From: a virus
Taxonomy: Duplodnaviria > Caudoviricetes
Reading direction: 5' to 3' (one strand)
DNA length: 39,124 nt
Virus record (IMG/VR): IMGVR_UViG_3300030372_005208
Coordinates: 1 to 39,124 of that record
Part shown: in pieces, positions 6,401 through 15,518 of the stretch
How the letters are laid out: each line of letters opens with the position of its first letter
Numbering within the stretch: the first letter of the stretch is position 1
Notes under the pieces: model-generated
Seen by the model: only the letters and a program-made list of their open reading frames with translations
What the model was told of the DNA's origin: nothing
Database searches by the model: none
Translations under genes and position numbers: made by a program

Positions 6401-8541
6401 TGCTTTGGGTTTCGGCACAGCAAATTGCGGATGCAGCGGCGGCGGGGCTTATGCCCGGTCTGCCGACGTCCAAGCGGCGCGTGAATGCGCTTGCCTCCCG
6501 CGAACGCTGGGCTGAAACCGGACTGGCGCGTGTACGTGAAGGTCGGGAAGGCGGAGGCGGGCTCGAGTATCATGTTGATGCCCTGCCAGCACCCGCCCGC
6601 GCTGCCTGGCTGGCCAGTCATCTCACCTTGGGCGCTCGGGATCTTCGCCCTGTCGTTGCGGATACCCATGTAGATCAATCAGCTGACGCCCGCGCGCTGA
6701 TACTGACCCTCGTTCACAAGTTTCAGGCGGACAACGCCCTTCCTCAAACGGCTGCGGATGCGATGTTCGCAGAGATGTTTACGGGCGGTTCAATCGACCT
6801 TCCAGCCTGGATTAAAACGGCTGTTCCAAGTGTGTCAGCGCGGTCCATTGCCAGATGGCGCAAGGCGGCGAACGAAGGCACGGCGACATCCCGTAGGGGT
6901 CGTCCCAAAGGGTCTGGCGTTCTGGACGTGGCGCATGATGGGCAGGTTCGCGCAATGATGCTGGCCGCAATCGCCAAGCAGCCGTTCCTTTCCGCCAAGC
7001 ATCTGCGGATCCTGGTGAAGGACAAGTTCGGCAAGACGCTGGACGTCACCTGCGCCAAGACCGGTGAAATCAAGATAGCGCCGCTGCCCACCATCCGCAT
7101 GTTCCAGACCGTCATCACGCGCTGGAAAACCGAGTATCGCAACGAGCTCATGCGCCTGACCAACCCGGATGGATACCGTTCCCATGTCCGTTTCGCCGCG
7201 ACCGGAAGCCAGCGTGCGCAGCGCCTGAACGAGGTCTGGCAGGTTGATGCGTCGCCTGCAGATGTCATGCTCAAGGGCGGGCGTCATTCCATCTACATGG
7301 CCGTCGATGTCTACTCCCGGCGCGCCATCGTGCTTGTAAGCAAAACACCGCGCGCCTCTGCCGTTGGTCTGCTCGTCCGCAAGTGCATCATGGCTTGGGG
7401 TGTGCCCGAGAAGATCCATACCGATAACGGGTCGGATTTCGTCGCAAAGCAGACGAAGCGCCTGTTTGCAGCCTTGGAAATCGAGGTGGAGCTCAGCATC
7501 GCTTATGAACCTACCGACAAGGGGATCGTCGAGCGCACGATTGGAACCTACCAGCGCGATATCGCGGTCTGCCCTGGCTTCATTGGCCACTCGGTCGCTG
7601 ATCGCAAGATCATCGAGCAGCGCAAGGCATTCGACAAGCGCCTCGGTGCCACGGATGAGGCGCTCTACGACGTCGATATGGATTTCGCCGAGTTTCAGGA
7701 GTGGAGCGACATCTGGGCCCAAGACATGTACGGGCGGGATCAGCATTCTGCACTAAAGAAGCGAACCCCCTTCGAGGTTGCTGCGGCCTATGAAGGCCCG
7801 ATCCGCAAGATTGAGCATGAGGCCGCGCTGGATGTGCTGCTCGCGCCGATCGCGTCCAACGGCGGCATGCGTACCGTCACCAAGCAAGGCGTGCGGGTCG
7901 ATGGTGCATATTACCTGCCAATGTCTGCGATGCCAGGGGATGAAGTTCTGGTTCGGATGGATCCCGCAGATATGGGCCGGGTCATGCTCTTTGATCCGGA
8001 AACGGAGGCCTATCTCGGTGAGGCCTTGAATGCTGATCTGGCGGGGCTGAACCCTGCCGAGGTGATCGCCAAGGCCAAAGCAATGCAGCGGGCTTACGAA
8101 GACGAGAAGCTTACGGATATCCGCCGCGCCAGCCGCAAGATCGGCAAGCGCGATGTCGCAGATGCGATGCGCCGTGATGCCGCCGAAAAGGCTGGCGTGA
8201 TGGTCGCCTTCCCCAGGGCGCGCGAAGTCTACACCACACCGGCGTTGGAAGCTGCCAGAGACGCATCGGTTTTGGCACCTAAGGAAGCCTCAAAGAGCCG
8301 TGTTTCCGATGACCGTTTGGCGAAGATGCGCGCCGAGCATGAGCGCACGGCCGAGGTGGTGATCAAGCCGGAGACACCCAAGGAACGGTTCCGGCGTTTC
8401 CTCGTCTTGGAGCAACGGATCAAGGCGGGCGAGCGCGTCTTGCCCGAAGAGCAGAAGGCGCTCGCGGCCTATCAGCGTCAGCCTGAGTACATCGGGCACA
8501 TGAAGATTTTTGAGGATTTCAGCTGGGCAATGTTCGGCTGA
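6400..8541 (+). CDS. Mu-like DDE transposase (MuA)
   Basis: N-terminal Mu DNA-binding domain (GGGLEYH), WQVDASPAD, IHTDNGSDF, KGIVERT (DDE triad), Mu-transposase C-terminal domain; ATG 6400 overlaps the upstream stop. Confidence 0.96.
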   Translation: MLWVSAQQIADAAAAGLMPGLPTSKRRVNALASRERWAETGLARVREGREGGGGLEYHVDALPAPARAAWLASHLTLGARDLRPVVADTHVDQSADARALILTLVHKFQADNALPQTAADAMFAEMFTGGSIDLPAWIKTAVPSVSARSIARWRKAANEGTATSRRGRPKGSGVLDVAHDGQVRAMMLAAIAKQPFLSAKHLRILVKDKFGKTLDVTCAKTGEIKIAPLPTIRMFQTVITRWKTEYRNELMRLTNPDGYRSHVRFAATGSQRAQRLNEVWQVDASPADVMLKGGRHSIYMAVDVYSRRAIVLVSKTPRASAVGLLVRKCIMAWGVPEKIHTDNGSDFVAKQTKRLFAALEIEVELSIAYEPTDKGIVERTIGTYQRDIAVCPGFIGHSVADRKIIEQRKAFDKRLGATDEALYDVDMDFAEFQEWSDIWAQDMYGRDQHSALKKRTPFEVAAAYEGPIRKIEHEAALDVLLAPIASNGGMRTVTKQGVRVDGAYYLPMSAMPGDEVLVRMDPADMGRVMLFDPETEAYLGEALNADLAGLNPAEVIAKAKAMQRAYEDEKLTDIRRASRKIGKRDVADAMRRDAAEKAGVMVAFPRAREVYTTPALEAARDASVLAPKEASKSRVSDDRLAKMRAEHERTAEVVIKPETPKERFRRFLVLEQRIKAGERVLPEEQKALAAYQRQPEYIGHMKIFEDFSWAMFG

Positions 8542-8548
8542 TTTAGGT

Positions 8549-8580
8549 GCCCCCGGCAACGTTGCAGGCTGACCGGGGGC
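8549..8580 (+). other. GC-rich hairpin between transposase A and B genes
   Basis: GCCCCCGG-N16-CCGGGGGC; no U-tract. Confidence 0.5.
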
Positions 8581-8600
8581 GATAACGAAGTGAGGATAGA

Positions 8601-9344
8601 ATGACAGAAGAATTCAGGCATAACAACTCTGTTGCACCGCTGCGCAATGTCGTGGCTTTGGTGGAACTGATCGAGCGGGTCAATCAGCGTGGTCCAGGGC
8701 TTCCAGGACTGGGTGTATTTTATGGCTGGTCCGGCTACGGCAAGACGACAGCGGCAGTATATGCGGCGAACAAGTTTCGGGCGTATCAGGTCGAAGTCAA
8801 ATCGGTCTGGACCAAGAAGAAGCTCTGCACCGAGATCCTGCGCGACATGGGCGTACTGCCCGCCAAGACCATCTCGGATATGGTTGACCAGATCGCCCAG
8901 GAGCTCGCCCGCAACAGCCGGCCGCTGCTGATCGACGAAATCGATCACCTGGTCGATCGCAACATGATCGAGATCGTGCGTGACATTCATGAAAGCTCCG
9001 GCGCCACGATCATCCTGATTGGTGAAGAGAAGCTGCCGCGCAAACTGATGGCTTGGGAACGGGTGCACGGTCGCATTCTTGACTGGGTCGCTGCTGAAGA
9101 AGGCCAGATCGATGATGTCGGCTATCTCGCGGCGATCTACTGCCCCGGTGTGTCGTTGGAAGAGGATCTGAAGCTTCAGGTGTTGGAGGAATCACATCGG
9201 TCGATCCGGCGTATTTCCATCAATCTCGAGCGGGTCAAAGAATTCGCCCAGACCCGGAACCTCAAGTCCGTCGGCCGGAAGGATTGGGACAATCGTCCCT
9301 TCTTCACTGGCGAAGCACCCACGCCGCGGAGGGCTCCGAAATGA
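8601..9344 (+). CDS. Transposition AAA+ ATPase (MuB-like)
   Basis: Walker A GWSGYGKT, Walker B LLIDEID; immediately after MuA. Confidence 0.94.
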   Translation: MTEEFRHNNSVAPLRNVVALVELIERVNQRGPGLPGLGVFYGWSGYGKTTAAVYAANKFRAYQVEVKSVWTKKKLCTEILRDMGVLPAKTISDMVDQIAQELARNSRPLLIDEIDHLVDRNMIEIVRDIHESSGATIILIGEEKLPRKLMAWERVHGRILDWVAAEEGQIDDVGYLAAIYCPGVSLEEDLKLQVLEESHRSIRRISINLERVKEFAQTRNLKSVGRKDWDNRPFFTGEAPTPRRAPK

Positions 9345-9952
9345 GCAGGATTTCAGCAACCGAAGCGGCCACGTCCCGTGAGCCACAGGGTCGTCAGCCG
9401 CTCTGGGATGAGATGGTCAAGTTCAACGGTGCACCGTTCACGATCACCGATATCTTCGATCAGACCTACGTCAATCGCCACACGATCCGCAGCTATCTCA
9501 AGTCTCTGACGCTGGCGAACTATGTCGAGCGCATCGAACCTGAAGAAGGCGCTATCCGCGAGGACGCCGCGATCAAGTTCCGCATCATCGCGGATCCTGT
9601 TCCTTATCACGCTCCGCGCCTGAACCGTGACGGCAAGCCGGTCTCGCAGGGCGGTGGCGTCGAAAACATGTGGCGGACGATGCGCATGATCGGACAGTTC
9701 ACGCCCCGTGATATCGCAGCACATGCCACGACCGACATCGTGAGCGTTACGGACAACACCGCAAAGGCCTATTGCACCAAACTGCTGAAGGCGGGCTTCT
9801 TGAAGGTTGTCAGCAAGGCCCAGCCCCCGGCGAAGCAGGCAGTGTATCGCCTGATCCGGAATACGGGGCCACAGCCACCGATGATCCAGCGGACCCAACA
9901 AGTGTTCGATCCGAACACGCGGAAAGCCTATCCGGTGGGAGGGCAATCGTGA
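9341..9952 (+). CDS. Mu-like early protein with tandem wHTH-like segments
   Basis: ATGA overlap; MWRTMR..FTPRDIA...Y...L..AG.L...YRLIRNTGP pattern typical of the gene after MuB. Confidence 0.75.
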   Translation: MSRISATEAATSREPQGRQPLWDEMVKFNGAPFTITDIFDQTYVNRHTIRSYLKSLTLANYVERIEPEEGAIREDAAIKFRIIADPVPYHAPRLNRDGKPVSQGGGVENMWRTMRMIGQFTPRDIAAHATTDIVSVTDNTAKAYCTKLLKAGFLKVVSKAQPPAKQAVYRLIRNTGPQPPMIQRTQQVFDPNTRKAYPVGGQS

Positions 9953-10320
9953 ACGGACCCGTCGATATCGCAAGAAACGCCTGGGGCGATGACCTGCCGG
10001 ATTGGGTATTAGCGTTGGCCCAGGCGTGCGCCCTTACCAGCCAGAACCGCGTAGCCGAGGATCTCGGGAGATCAGCTTCCTTGGTCAGCACGGTGCTGCG
10101 CAAGAAATATCCAGGCAACATGGAGGCCATCGAAGAGCGGGTGCGCGGCGTCTTCATGTCGGCCGTCATCTCATGCCCGGTCCTTGGCGATCTGCCGACG
10201 GATGTCTGCCAGATGTGGCGACAGCGGGCCAATCGCTTGCAAACCCATAACACACACCGGGTGCGGATGTTTCGCGCCTGCAGACAGTGTCCCCGCTACA
10301 TCGGAGAGGAGCAGTCATGA
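9949..10320 (+). CDS. HTH transcriptional regulator with C-terminal Cys cluster
   Basis: GTGA overlap; SQNRVAEDLGRSASLVS HTH; CPVLG..C...ACRQC. Confidence 0.78.
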   Translation: MNGPVDIARNAWGDDLPDWVLALAQACALTSQNRVAEDLGRSASLVSTVLRKKYPGNMEAIEERVRGVFMSAVISCPVLGDLPTDVCQMWRQRANRLQTHNTHRVRMFRACRQCPRYIGEEQS

Positions 10321-10670
10321 CCAATCGAGCCACTGAAATCGTTTCGCTGGCACTGCAACGGGTACCGCCAAAGGTCATTGCGCAGCGCCTCTGCGTGCAT
10401 CCCAACACTGTCTACCAGAGGATCAGGGAAGCGCGTCAAGCCGGGGAGGTTATTCCCACGTTCAAGGCAGCTTCAAAGGGGGCTGCTGGCGGATCTGAAC
10501 ATGTGGAAAGGTCTCAGAAGACCGAGGCGTCACCATCAACCAAGCAGATCGTTGTGTCGGTACGCTTGTATTCGTTGCTGACGACCGAAGCAGACCGGCG
10601 CGGACTGACCCCAACGGAAGCGGCGCAGCGGCTGCTGGAGAAAGCCCTTCTGGGTACGGTGACGGCATGA
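10317..10670 (+). CDS. HTH DNA-binding protein
   Basis: PKVIAQRLCVHPNTVYQRI HTH; ribbon-helix-helix-like C-terminus. Confidence 0.72.
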   Translation: MTNRATEIVSLALQRVPPKVIAQRLCVHPNTVYQRIREARQAGEVIPTFKAASKGAAGGSEHVERSQKTEASPSTKQIVVSVRLYSLLTTEADRRGLTPTEAAQRLLEKALLGTVTA

Positions 10671-10891
10671 CGGATCAGGTTAAACGGTTTTCAGAAGCCG
10701 AGATGGTCCGGCTCGCAGCCAGCGGCGTCGCTAAGGTGGATCTGCTGGGCCCGCGCGGGACAACGCTCTGCACGATGGATGAGATCGAGGCGATGGCCGC
10801 CATGATCGTGGCGGCAGGCGTTTTGCCAGGGCATCCGGCCGATCCGGCACGCCAACCCGTCTTTGTTGAACTCGGAGGGCGCGTTCGATGA
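10667..10891 (+). CDS. Hypothetical protein (74 aa)
   Basis: ATGA-coupled in the operon. Confidence 0.7.
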   Translation: MTDQVKRFSEAEMVRLAASGVAKVDLLGPRGTTLCTMDEIEAMAAMIVAAGVLPGHPADPARQPVFVELGGRVR

Positions 10892-11067
10892 TCAGCCCAA
10901 CCCATTTCTCTGAAGGGCGACACGTAAAGTTTCTGGCTGAAAACGGGGTCGTATTCGAGATCTGCACTGCTGACCCCAACCTCCCTTTTCCAGAGCTAGT
11001 GGCCTCGACAATTGCAGATGCCCTCAACGCAAAATCTAAACAGGAGACCTTCCATGACGAAGTTTGA
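10888..11067 (+). CDS. Hypothetical protein (59 aa; not in ORF track)
   Basis: Read manually: MISPTHFSEGRHVKFLAENGVVFEIC...HDEV*; GGAGG RBS and ATGA overlap; fills the operon gap. Confidence 0.65.
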   Translation: MISPTHFSEGRHVKFLAENGVVFEICTADPNLPFPELVASTIADALNAKSKQETFHDEV

Positions 11068-11704
11068 ACCGGCAGCACTTCCCGATGGCCGCAAGGAGAT
11101 CGACGGCAACGTCTTCATGCGTGATGGCAAAGGTGGTCTGCAGCCGATCGAGAATATCGCCGCGCGTGATCTGCTTCAGGACGAAACCACTCGCAAAATC
11201 ATCGGCCACGCCATTCCGCTGTCTGACCAGGTGGCGCGGTTCAAGGAGCATACCTTTGATGACATCGGTGCATTCGAAGCAATCCTGGCGCAAGAATACG
11301 GCGCGACTTTCGGCGGCAAGAAGGGCAACAAGACACTGATGACTGTGGATCAACTCTACAAGGTTGAGGTCCGGATTGCAGATCAGATCAACTTTGGGCC
11401 TGAGCTGCAGATTGCCAAGCAGCTGGTCGATGAGTGCCTTAATGAATGGTCTGCCGAGAGCCGTCCGGAGATCCGCTCGATCGTGACCCGTGCGTTCAAC
11501 ACGGACAAGGCCGGTCAGATCAATCGCGCCGAGATCTTCATGCTGCTGCGTCTCGAAATCACGGATGCCCGCTGGCAGGAAGCGATGCGCGCCATCAAGG
11601 ATGCCATTCGCGTCGTAGGGTCCAAAACCTATGTGCGCTGCTCCAAGCGTGACAGCCACGACGCGCCGTGGCAGGCAATCACGATCGATTTGGCCAAGGC
11701 TTGA
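11054..11704 (+). CDS. DUF3164 family protein
   Basis: MRDGKG.L.P, GGKKGNKTL, FGPELQIAK.LVDECL.EW, AF.TDK.G; CAGGAG RBS. Confidence 0.88.
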   Translation: MTKFEPAALPDGRKEIDGNVFMRDGKGGLQPIENIAARDLLQDETTRKIIGHAIPLSDQVARFKEHTFDDIGAFEAILAQEYGATFGGKKGNKTLMTVDQLYKVEVRIADQINFGPELQIAKQLVDECLNEWSAESRPEIRSIVTRAFNTDKAGQINRAEIFMLLRLEITDARWQEAMRAIKDAIRVVGSKTYVRCSKRDSHDAPWQAITIDLAKA

Positions 11705-11708
11705 AGCG

Positions 11709-12110
11709 ATGTTTCAGGAGCGATCATCACCCCCACGCAACGTTCAGGTACAGGACATTCGCTCGCACGTGGCCAGTCATTTTGGAGTGACTGAGGAAGA
11801 GTTGCTGGCCCGTTCGCGTCAGAGCGAGTTCGTGAACCGCCGGGCCATCTGTTATCAGCTTTGCCGGGAAATGTCGGACGCGAGCCTGTCACAGATCGGC
11901 AGATATATGGCCAATCGCGATCACACCACGATCATTGCAGGCCTGAAGCGCAAGCTGCCGTTGGAAATGCAACTGGCGAAAAACCATATCCGCTTTGCTC
12001 TGGAGCAAGGATCACCGCATTCCCTGACCTTCGTGCGTGCCGCTCCGTTTCAGACCCGTCGAACCAAACCAGAGCCTGTGTTTAGGTCCAGAAGAGGAAC
12101 AGGAGAATGA
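11709..12110 (+). CDS. DnaA C-terminal (domain IV)-like HTH protein
   Basis: I...VA.HFGV..EEL..RSR.....R.I..L.REM...SLSQIG......RDHTTI signature. Confidence 0.82.
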   Translation: MFQERSSPPRNVQVQDIRSHVASHFGVTEEELLARSRQSEFVNRRAICYQLCREMSDASLSQIGRYMANRDHTTIIAGLKRKLPLEMQLAKNHIRFALEQGSPHSLTFVRAAPFQTRRTKPEPVFRSRRGTGE

Positions 12111-12559
12111 GCCGGGCGTTGCAGAAAACAATCCATGTCGCTTGCCGGGAACTCGGTATTGCGAGCGATGACCGGCGCGCACTTCAGCTCGAGGTATGCG
12201 GTAAAACATCCATGTCAGACATGACCGCCGCCGATCTGAAAAAGGTTCTCGATCGTCTCAGGAAGGACGGGTTCAAAGGGGCTTTAACCAGCCCTAAAAA
12301 GCGCCCTGCGGCCTCCCGTGCGGATCTGAGGCTGGTCCACGTGCTCTGGGGAAAGCTTGGGGCTGCAGGCGTACTGGACAGGCCCGGCCGGGATGGTCTG
12401 AACGCCTTTATCCGGGCACGGTTTGGCGAGACATGGGAAATGGTTCCTGCGGACGTGGACATGCTGCGGGATCATAATCAGATCGATGCCGTGATCTCCG
12501 CTTTGAAGGACTGGGGCAAACGCGCCAATATCGATTTTAACTGGAGCGGACGGAAATGA
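12107..12559 (+). CDS. gemA: GemA / Mu gp16 (DUF1018) family regulatory protein
   Basis: IHVA..ELG...D..R......GKTS...M....L..VL..L...GF; I.ALK.W. Confidence 0.88.
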   Translation: MSRALQKTIHVACRELGIASDDRRALQLEVCGKTSMSDMTAADLKKVLDRLRKDGFKGALTSPKKRPAASRADLRLVHVLWGKLGAAGVLDRPGRDGLNAFIRARFGETWEMVPADVDMLRDHNQIDAVISALKDWGKRANIDFNWSGRK

Positions 12560-12810
12560 GCCGCCGCTCTGACATCGTCACTGATCACGCGGTGGTCCGT
12601 TATCTTGAGCGGGTATACGGCGTTGACGTAAAGTCCCTGAAGCGCCGGATCGAGCTGGTGACGCGAGAAGGCCGCCACCAGGGCGCGAATGCGGTCAACA
12701 GCGGCGGCGTCCATTATGTTTTGAGCAAGAGCGGCAAAGTCACCACTCTTTATGGCTGCAATGACACCGTCGCAAGACGCGGTCAGCGGTGGAGGGCGCG
12801 CCACAAATGA
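12556..12810 (+). CDS. Hypothetical phage protein (VTDHAVVRYLER motif)
   Basis: ATGA-coupled; T.HA..RY.ER motif. Confidence 0.72.
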   Translation: MSRRSDIVTDHAVVRYLERVYGVDVKSLKRRIELVTREGRHQGANAVNSGGVHYVLSKSGKVTTLYGCNDTVARRGQRWRARHK

Positions 12811-13178
12811 CAGAGGCCCCCAAGACCCCTGCAAACGTCCAGGTCTATGAAGAAATTCTCGGCACCGATGGCGCAGTCGAGTTCCTCCTGACCTTTGGCG
12901 GCGCGGAGCTCTACATGCCCACCGATCCAAAGGGTGGATCGAAGGTTGCTCAGGTGGTCGGTATCGAAAAGGCCCGCGCATTGGCCGATGCATCGCACGC
13001 CATGAAGGCCCGCATTCCGACCGCGAAAAGGTGGATCGCTCAGGTCCTTAAATCAAAAGGCTTGCCCGTTGCAGAAATTGCACGCAAGTTGCACATGACC
13101 GATGTGACGGTGCGAAAGTATCTCGCTGACGAGTTCACTTCGGAAGAGACCTTTTCCAAACAAATGAAGCTGTTCTGA
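12807..13178 (+). CDS. Mor/C-like late transcription activator
   Basis: FGGAELYMP Mor-like motif; C-terminal HTH (VAEIARKLHMTDVTVRKYL); last gene before the lysis genes. Confidence 0.8.
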   Translation: MTEAPKTPANVQVYEEILGTDGAVEFLLTFGGAELYMPTDPKGGSKVAQVVGIEKARALADASHAMKARIPTAKRWIAQVLKSKGLPVAEIARKLHMTDVTVRKYLADEFTSEETFSKQMKLF

Positions 13179-13183
13179 CGCCA

Positions 13184-13210
13184 CCCCGCAAGCGCTTGCG
13201 GATGTTTTGA
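13184..13210 (+). promoter_or_regulatory. Putative late-promoter activator site 1 (before lysis operon)
   Basis: CCCCGCAAGCGCTTGCGGATGTTTTGA, identical to 23186-23212; contains the perfect 16-bp palindrome CCGCAAGCGCTTGCGG. Confidence 0.8.
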
Positions 13211-13280
13211 ACAGGCATCAAACGCCATTTTAAACCCCACAAGGTAGCGCGCCGCCCGTGCTTCGCGATTGGGGTCCACA

Positions 13281-14147
13281 ATGAAATTCAAAAATCACAT
13301 TGCCCAGGGCATCCCGTTTGATCGCGCGCAGAATATCGGCGGCGTGATCACACCAACCATCGTCGTTTTGCATGACACGGCCGGGCGCTTGGAACACGGC
13401 AACTCTGCCAATTACCTGCGGACCGCCCCGCGCGGCGTCTCGGTTCACTTCATCCTCGAGCGTAATGGCTCAATCTCTCAGCAGGTGCCCACCAACCGCC
13501 GTGCGGGGCACGCCGGGACATCGCATTACCACGGGCGAGATGGTGTCAACGATTTCTCCATCGGTATCGAGATCGTCAATCCTGGTCGGATGACGGATGC
13601 GGGCAACGGGAAAGCCCGTGCGTGGTACAAGCAGGAATTCGATATCGCTGAGTTCGGCGTCCAGGCTGTCACTACTCCTGAGCATGGCAGCGGGCTTTGG
13701 ATGGATTATACCGAGGCGCAAGTCGAAGCCCTAGAAGCGCTTCTGAACGGTCTCTTCGATTACATCCCAACACTCACTGATATTACCAGCCACTGGTACA
13801 TCTCCCCAGGTCGCAAGGTCGACACCAACCCGCTGTTTCCGCTGACGCAGATGCGTGCGCGGGTCTTGGGCCGTGACGATGCTCAATCGGCTGAGGCGGA
13901 TGAGGCGTCCGCGCCAACACAGCACGAAGACGAGATGGTCGCGATCAACGTGCCCGGTGACACGCTGAATATGCGCCGTTGGCCTTCATTCAATCCCAAT
14001 GTGATCTCGACCATCACAGACGGTGTGGTCGTACCCGTCATCCGTGAAGGCACTTTCGACGGCCGCGCATGGCTGAAGGTCCGTTACGGCGGACTTGAGG
14101 GCTGGATCGTCAAGTCTCACGCCGACCCGATCATTCAATCCAACTGA
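13281..14147 (+). CDS. Endolysin: N-acetylmuramoyl-L-alanine amidase (Amidase_2) + C-terminal SH3b
   Basis: IVVLHDTA, SVHF, AGHAG.S, SIGIEIVN, SHWYISPGRK.D; LNMRRWP...WLKVRYGGLEGWI. Confidence 0.92.
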   Translation: MKFKNHIAQGIPFDRAQNIGGVITPTIVVLHDTAGRLEHGNSANYLRTAPRGVSVHFILERNGSISQQVPTNRRAGHAGTSHYHGRDGVNDFSIGIEIVNPGRMTDAGNGKARAWYKQEFDIAEFGVQAVTTPEHGSGLWMDYTEAQVEALEALLNGLFDYIPTLTDITSHWYISPGRKVDTNPLFPLTQMRARVLGRDDAQSAEADEASAPTQHEDEMVAINVPGDTLNMRRWPSFNPNVISTITDGVVVPVIREGTFDGRAWLKVRYGGLEGWIVKSHADPIIQSN

Positions 14148-14165
14148 AACTCTGAGGAACTCGAC

Positions 14166-14384
14166 ATGTTTAAAGAAACGAAATCCCCCTTCCTGTCTCT
14201 GGGCGTCCTTGGCGGCGGCGGTGCCATCATCACCGGTCTTGCCCAGATCGCAGGCTACGCGGTCACACCTGCTGATGCCGCAGATCTCAGCACGGCTGTG
14301 ACCGGCCTGATCACCTCCGCTGCGGGCTTGATCGCTGTGATTGGTCGGATCCGCGCGACGAAGCGCGTCTCGCTGCTGGGCTAA
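14166..14384 (+). CDS. Putative holin (two TM helices)
   Basis: 72 aa, two hydrophobic segments, basic C-terminus GRIRATKR; follows the endolysin. Confidence 0.7.
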   Translation: MFKETKSPFLSLGVLGGGGAIITGLAQIAGYAVTPADAADLSTAVTGLITSAAGLIAVIGRIRATKRVSLLG

Positions 14385-14390
14385 TTGTCC

Positions 14391-14801
14391 ATGAGCTTGG
14401 AATGGTCCGCCGTCACGCTTGCAAGTCACGCGAGCCTCGTGCTTGCCACCGTGTTTGCGTTTCTCAACGCAATTACGGTGCGCAGGTTCTGGGTTGCCCA
14501 GCCGTCACTTGCTGTTTTCGAACGGCTGGAAAGTCCGATCTTCGCAATCGCCGCCGCTCTGATGGTGGAGCGTAGCTACTACGTTTGCGCCAGATTGTTC
14601 GTAAAGACGGATCTTAATCTTTGGGAGGCCCATCCTGCACCTGAGGTCCTTGCATTCATGCTGGCAGGAAGCATGTTCTGGCTGGCTATCTCGATCCGCA
14701 CGATGGGCGAGATCGGCGGCCTGGGCGCGCAACGCGCTCTGATCCTTCAATCCGCCACGATGGTGGCTTTGTTTACAATGCTCGCCTGGGGTCTTTGGTA
14801 A
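14391..14801 (+). CDS. Membrane protein (about four TM helices) in the lysis region
   Basis: Multiple hydrophobic segments; TAATG coupling to the next gene. Confidence 0.7.
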   Translation: MSLEWSAVTLASHASLVLATVFAFLNAITVRRFWVAQPSLAVFERLESPIFAIAAALMVERSYYVCARLFVKTDLNLWEAHPAPEVLAFMLAGSMFWLAISIRTMGEIGGLGAQRALILQSATMVALFTMLAWGLW

Positions 14802-15196
14802 TGGACTGGTTCTCATGGTTCTCTGAGGGCCAGAAGCTACTCGGCTTCATTGTGCTGATTGTTACCTCTCTCGCAGCCGTGGGGCGCTGGTTCTGGGGCC
14901 GTGTTTCGACACGCGTCAATGATGGCATGTCGGGTCTGCAGGTGGGTCATCAGAGCATCGAAAAGCGTTTGGTCGCCGTCGAAGGCAGTCTGGGAAAGGT
15001 GAACGATGATCTTGGCCGGGTTCGTGTCCGCATGTCGACAATCGAGTCCCGGATCGATCTTCTTGCCACGGCTAGAGAGCAGCATGACCTCGCCATTCTC
15101 GTCGCACGGATCGGCGCAAGTCAGGAAGCCCAGGGCAACATGGTCCGCATGCTTTATGAGGCCGCACAGCGCGCAGGCAAAGGCGGAGACAAGTGA
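14801..15196 (+). CDS. TM + coiled-coil protein (DUF2730/Mu gp25-like position)
   Basis: N-terminal TM helix then heptad repeats; position ahead of the gp26/gp27-like genes. Confidence 0.7.
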   Translation: MDWFSWFSEGQKLLGFIVLIVTSLAAVGRWFWGRVSTRVNDGMSGLQVGHQSIEKRLVAVEGSLGKVNDDLGRVRVRMSTIESRIDLLATAREQHDLAILVARIGASQEAQGNMVRMLYEAAQRAGKGGDK

Positions 15197-15498
15197 TGTT
15201 CAAAGCCTGGCCGATCGAAACCGTCGAGACCGAATTCCGACGTTTAAAGGTGCTTCAATATCTGGCGGGCATTCCCAGCTATGAGGCGGCGGTATCGGTG
15301 ATCCGTTTGCACTGTGGTCGCATCGGTGTGCCGACCAATGCCGACCAAGCCGTCGCGGCAATCGCGTGGCTTGACGAAATGGAGCTGGTCACCACCCGCG
15401 ATTACCAGGGCGAGCCTATCGCACGCCTGACCAACAAAGGCCGTGAGGTCGCCACCGGGGCGACCAGTATGCCCGGCGTTATCCGTCCCGACCCATAA
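15193..15498 (+). CDS. Mu gp26-like wHTH protein, copy 1
   Basis: RRL.VL..L, AWLDEMELV, A.LT..G.EVA.G....PGV.RP. Confidence 0.78.
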   Translation: MMFKAWPIETVETEFRRLKVLQYLAGIPSYEAAVSVIRLHCGRIGVPTNADQAVAAIAWLDEMELVTTRDYQGEPIARLTNKGREVATGATSMPGVIRPDP

Positions 15499-15518
15499 CC
15501 TTCTTTGGAGCCTTCCCC

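Noticed and set aside
6835-7746. 303-aa minus-strand ORF inside the transposase
   Set aside because: Shadow ORF from codon bias; no recognisable domain
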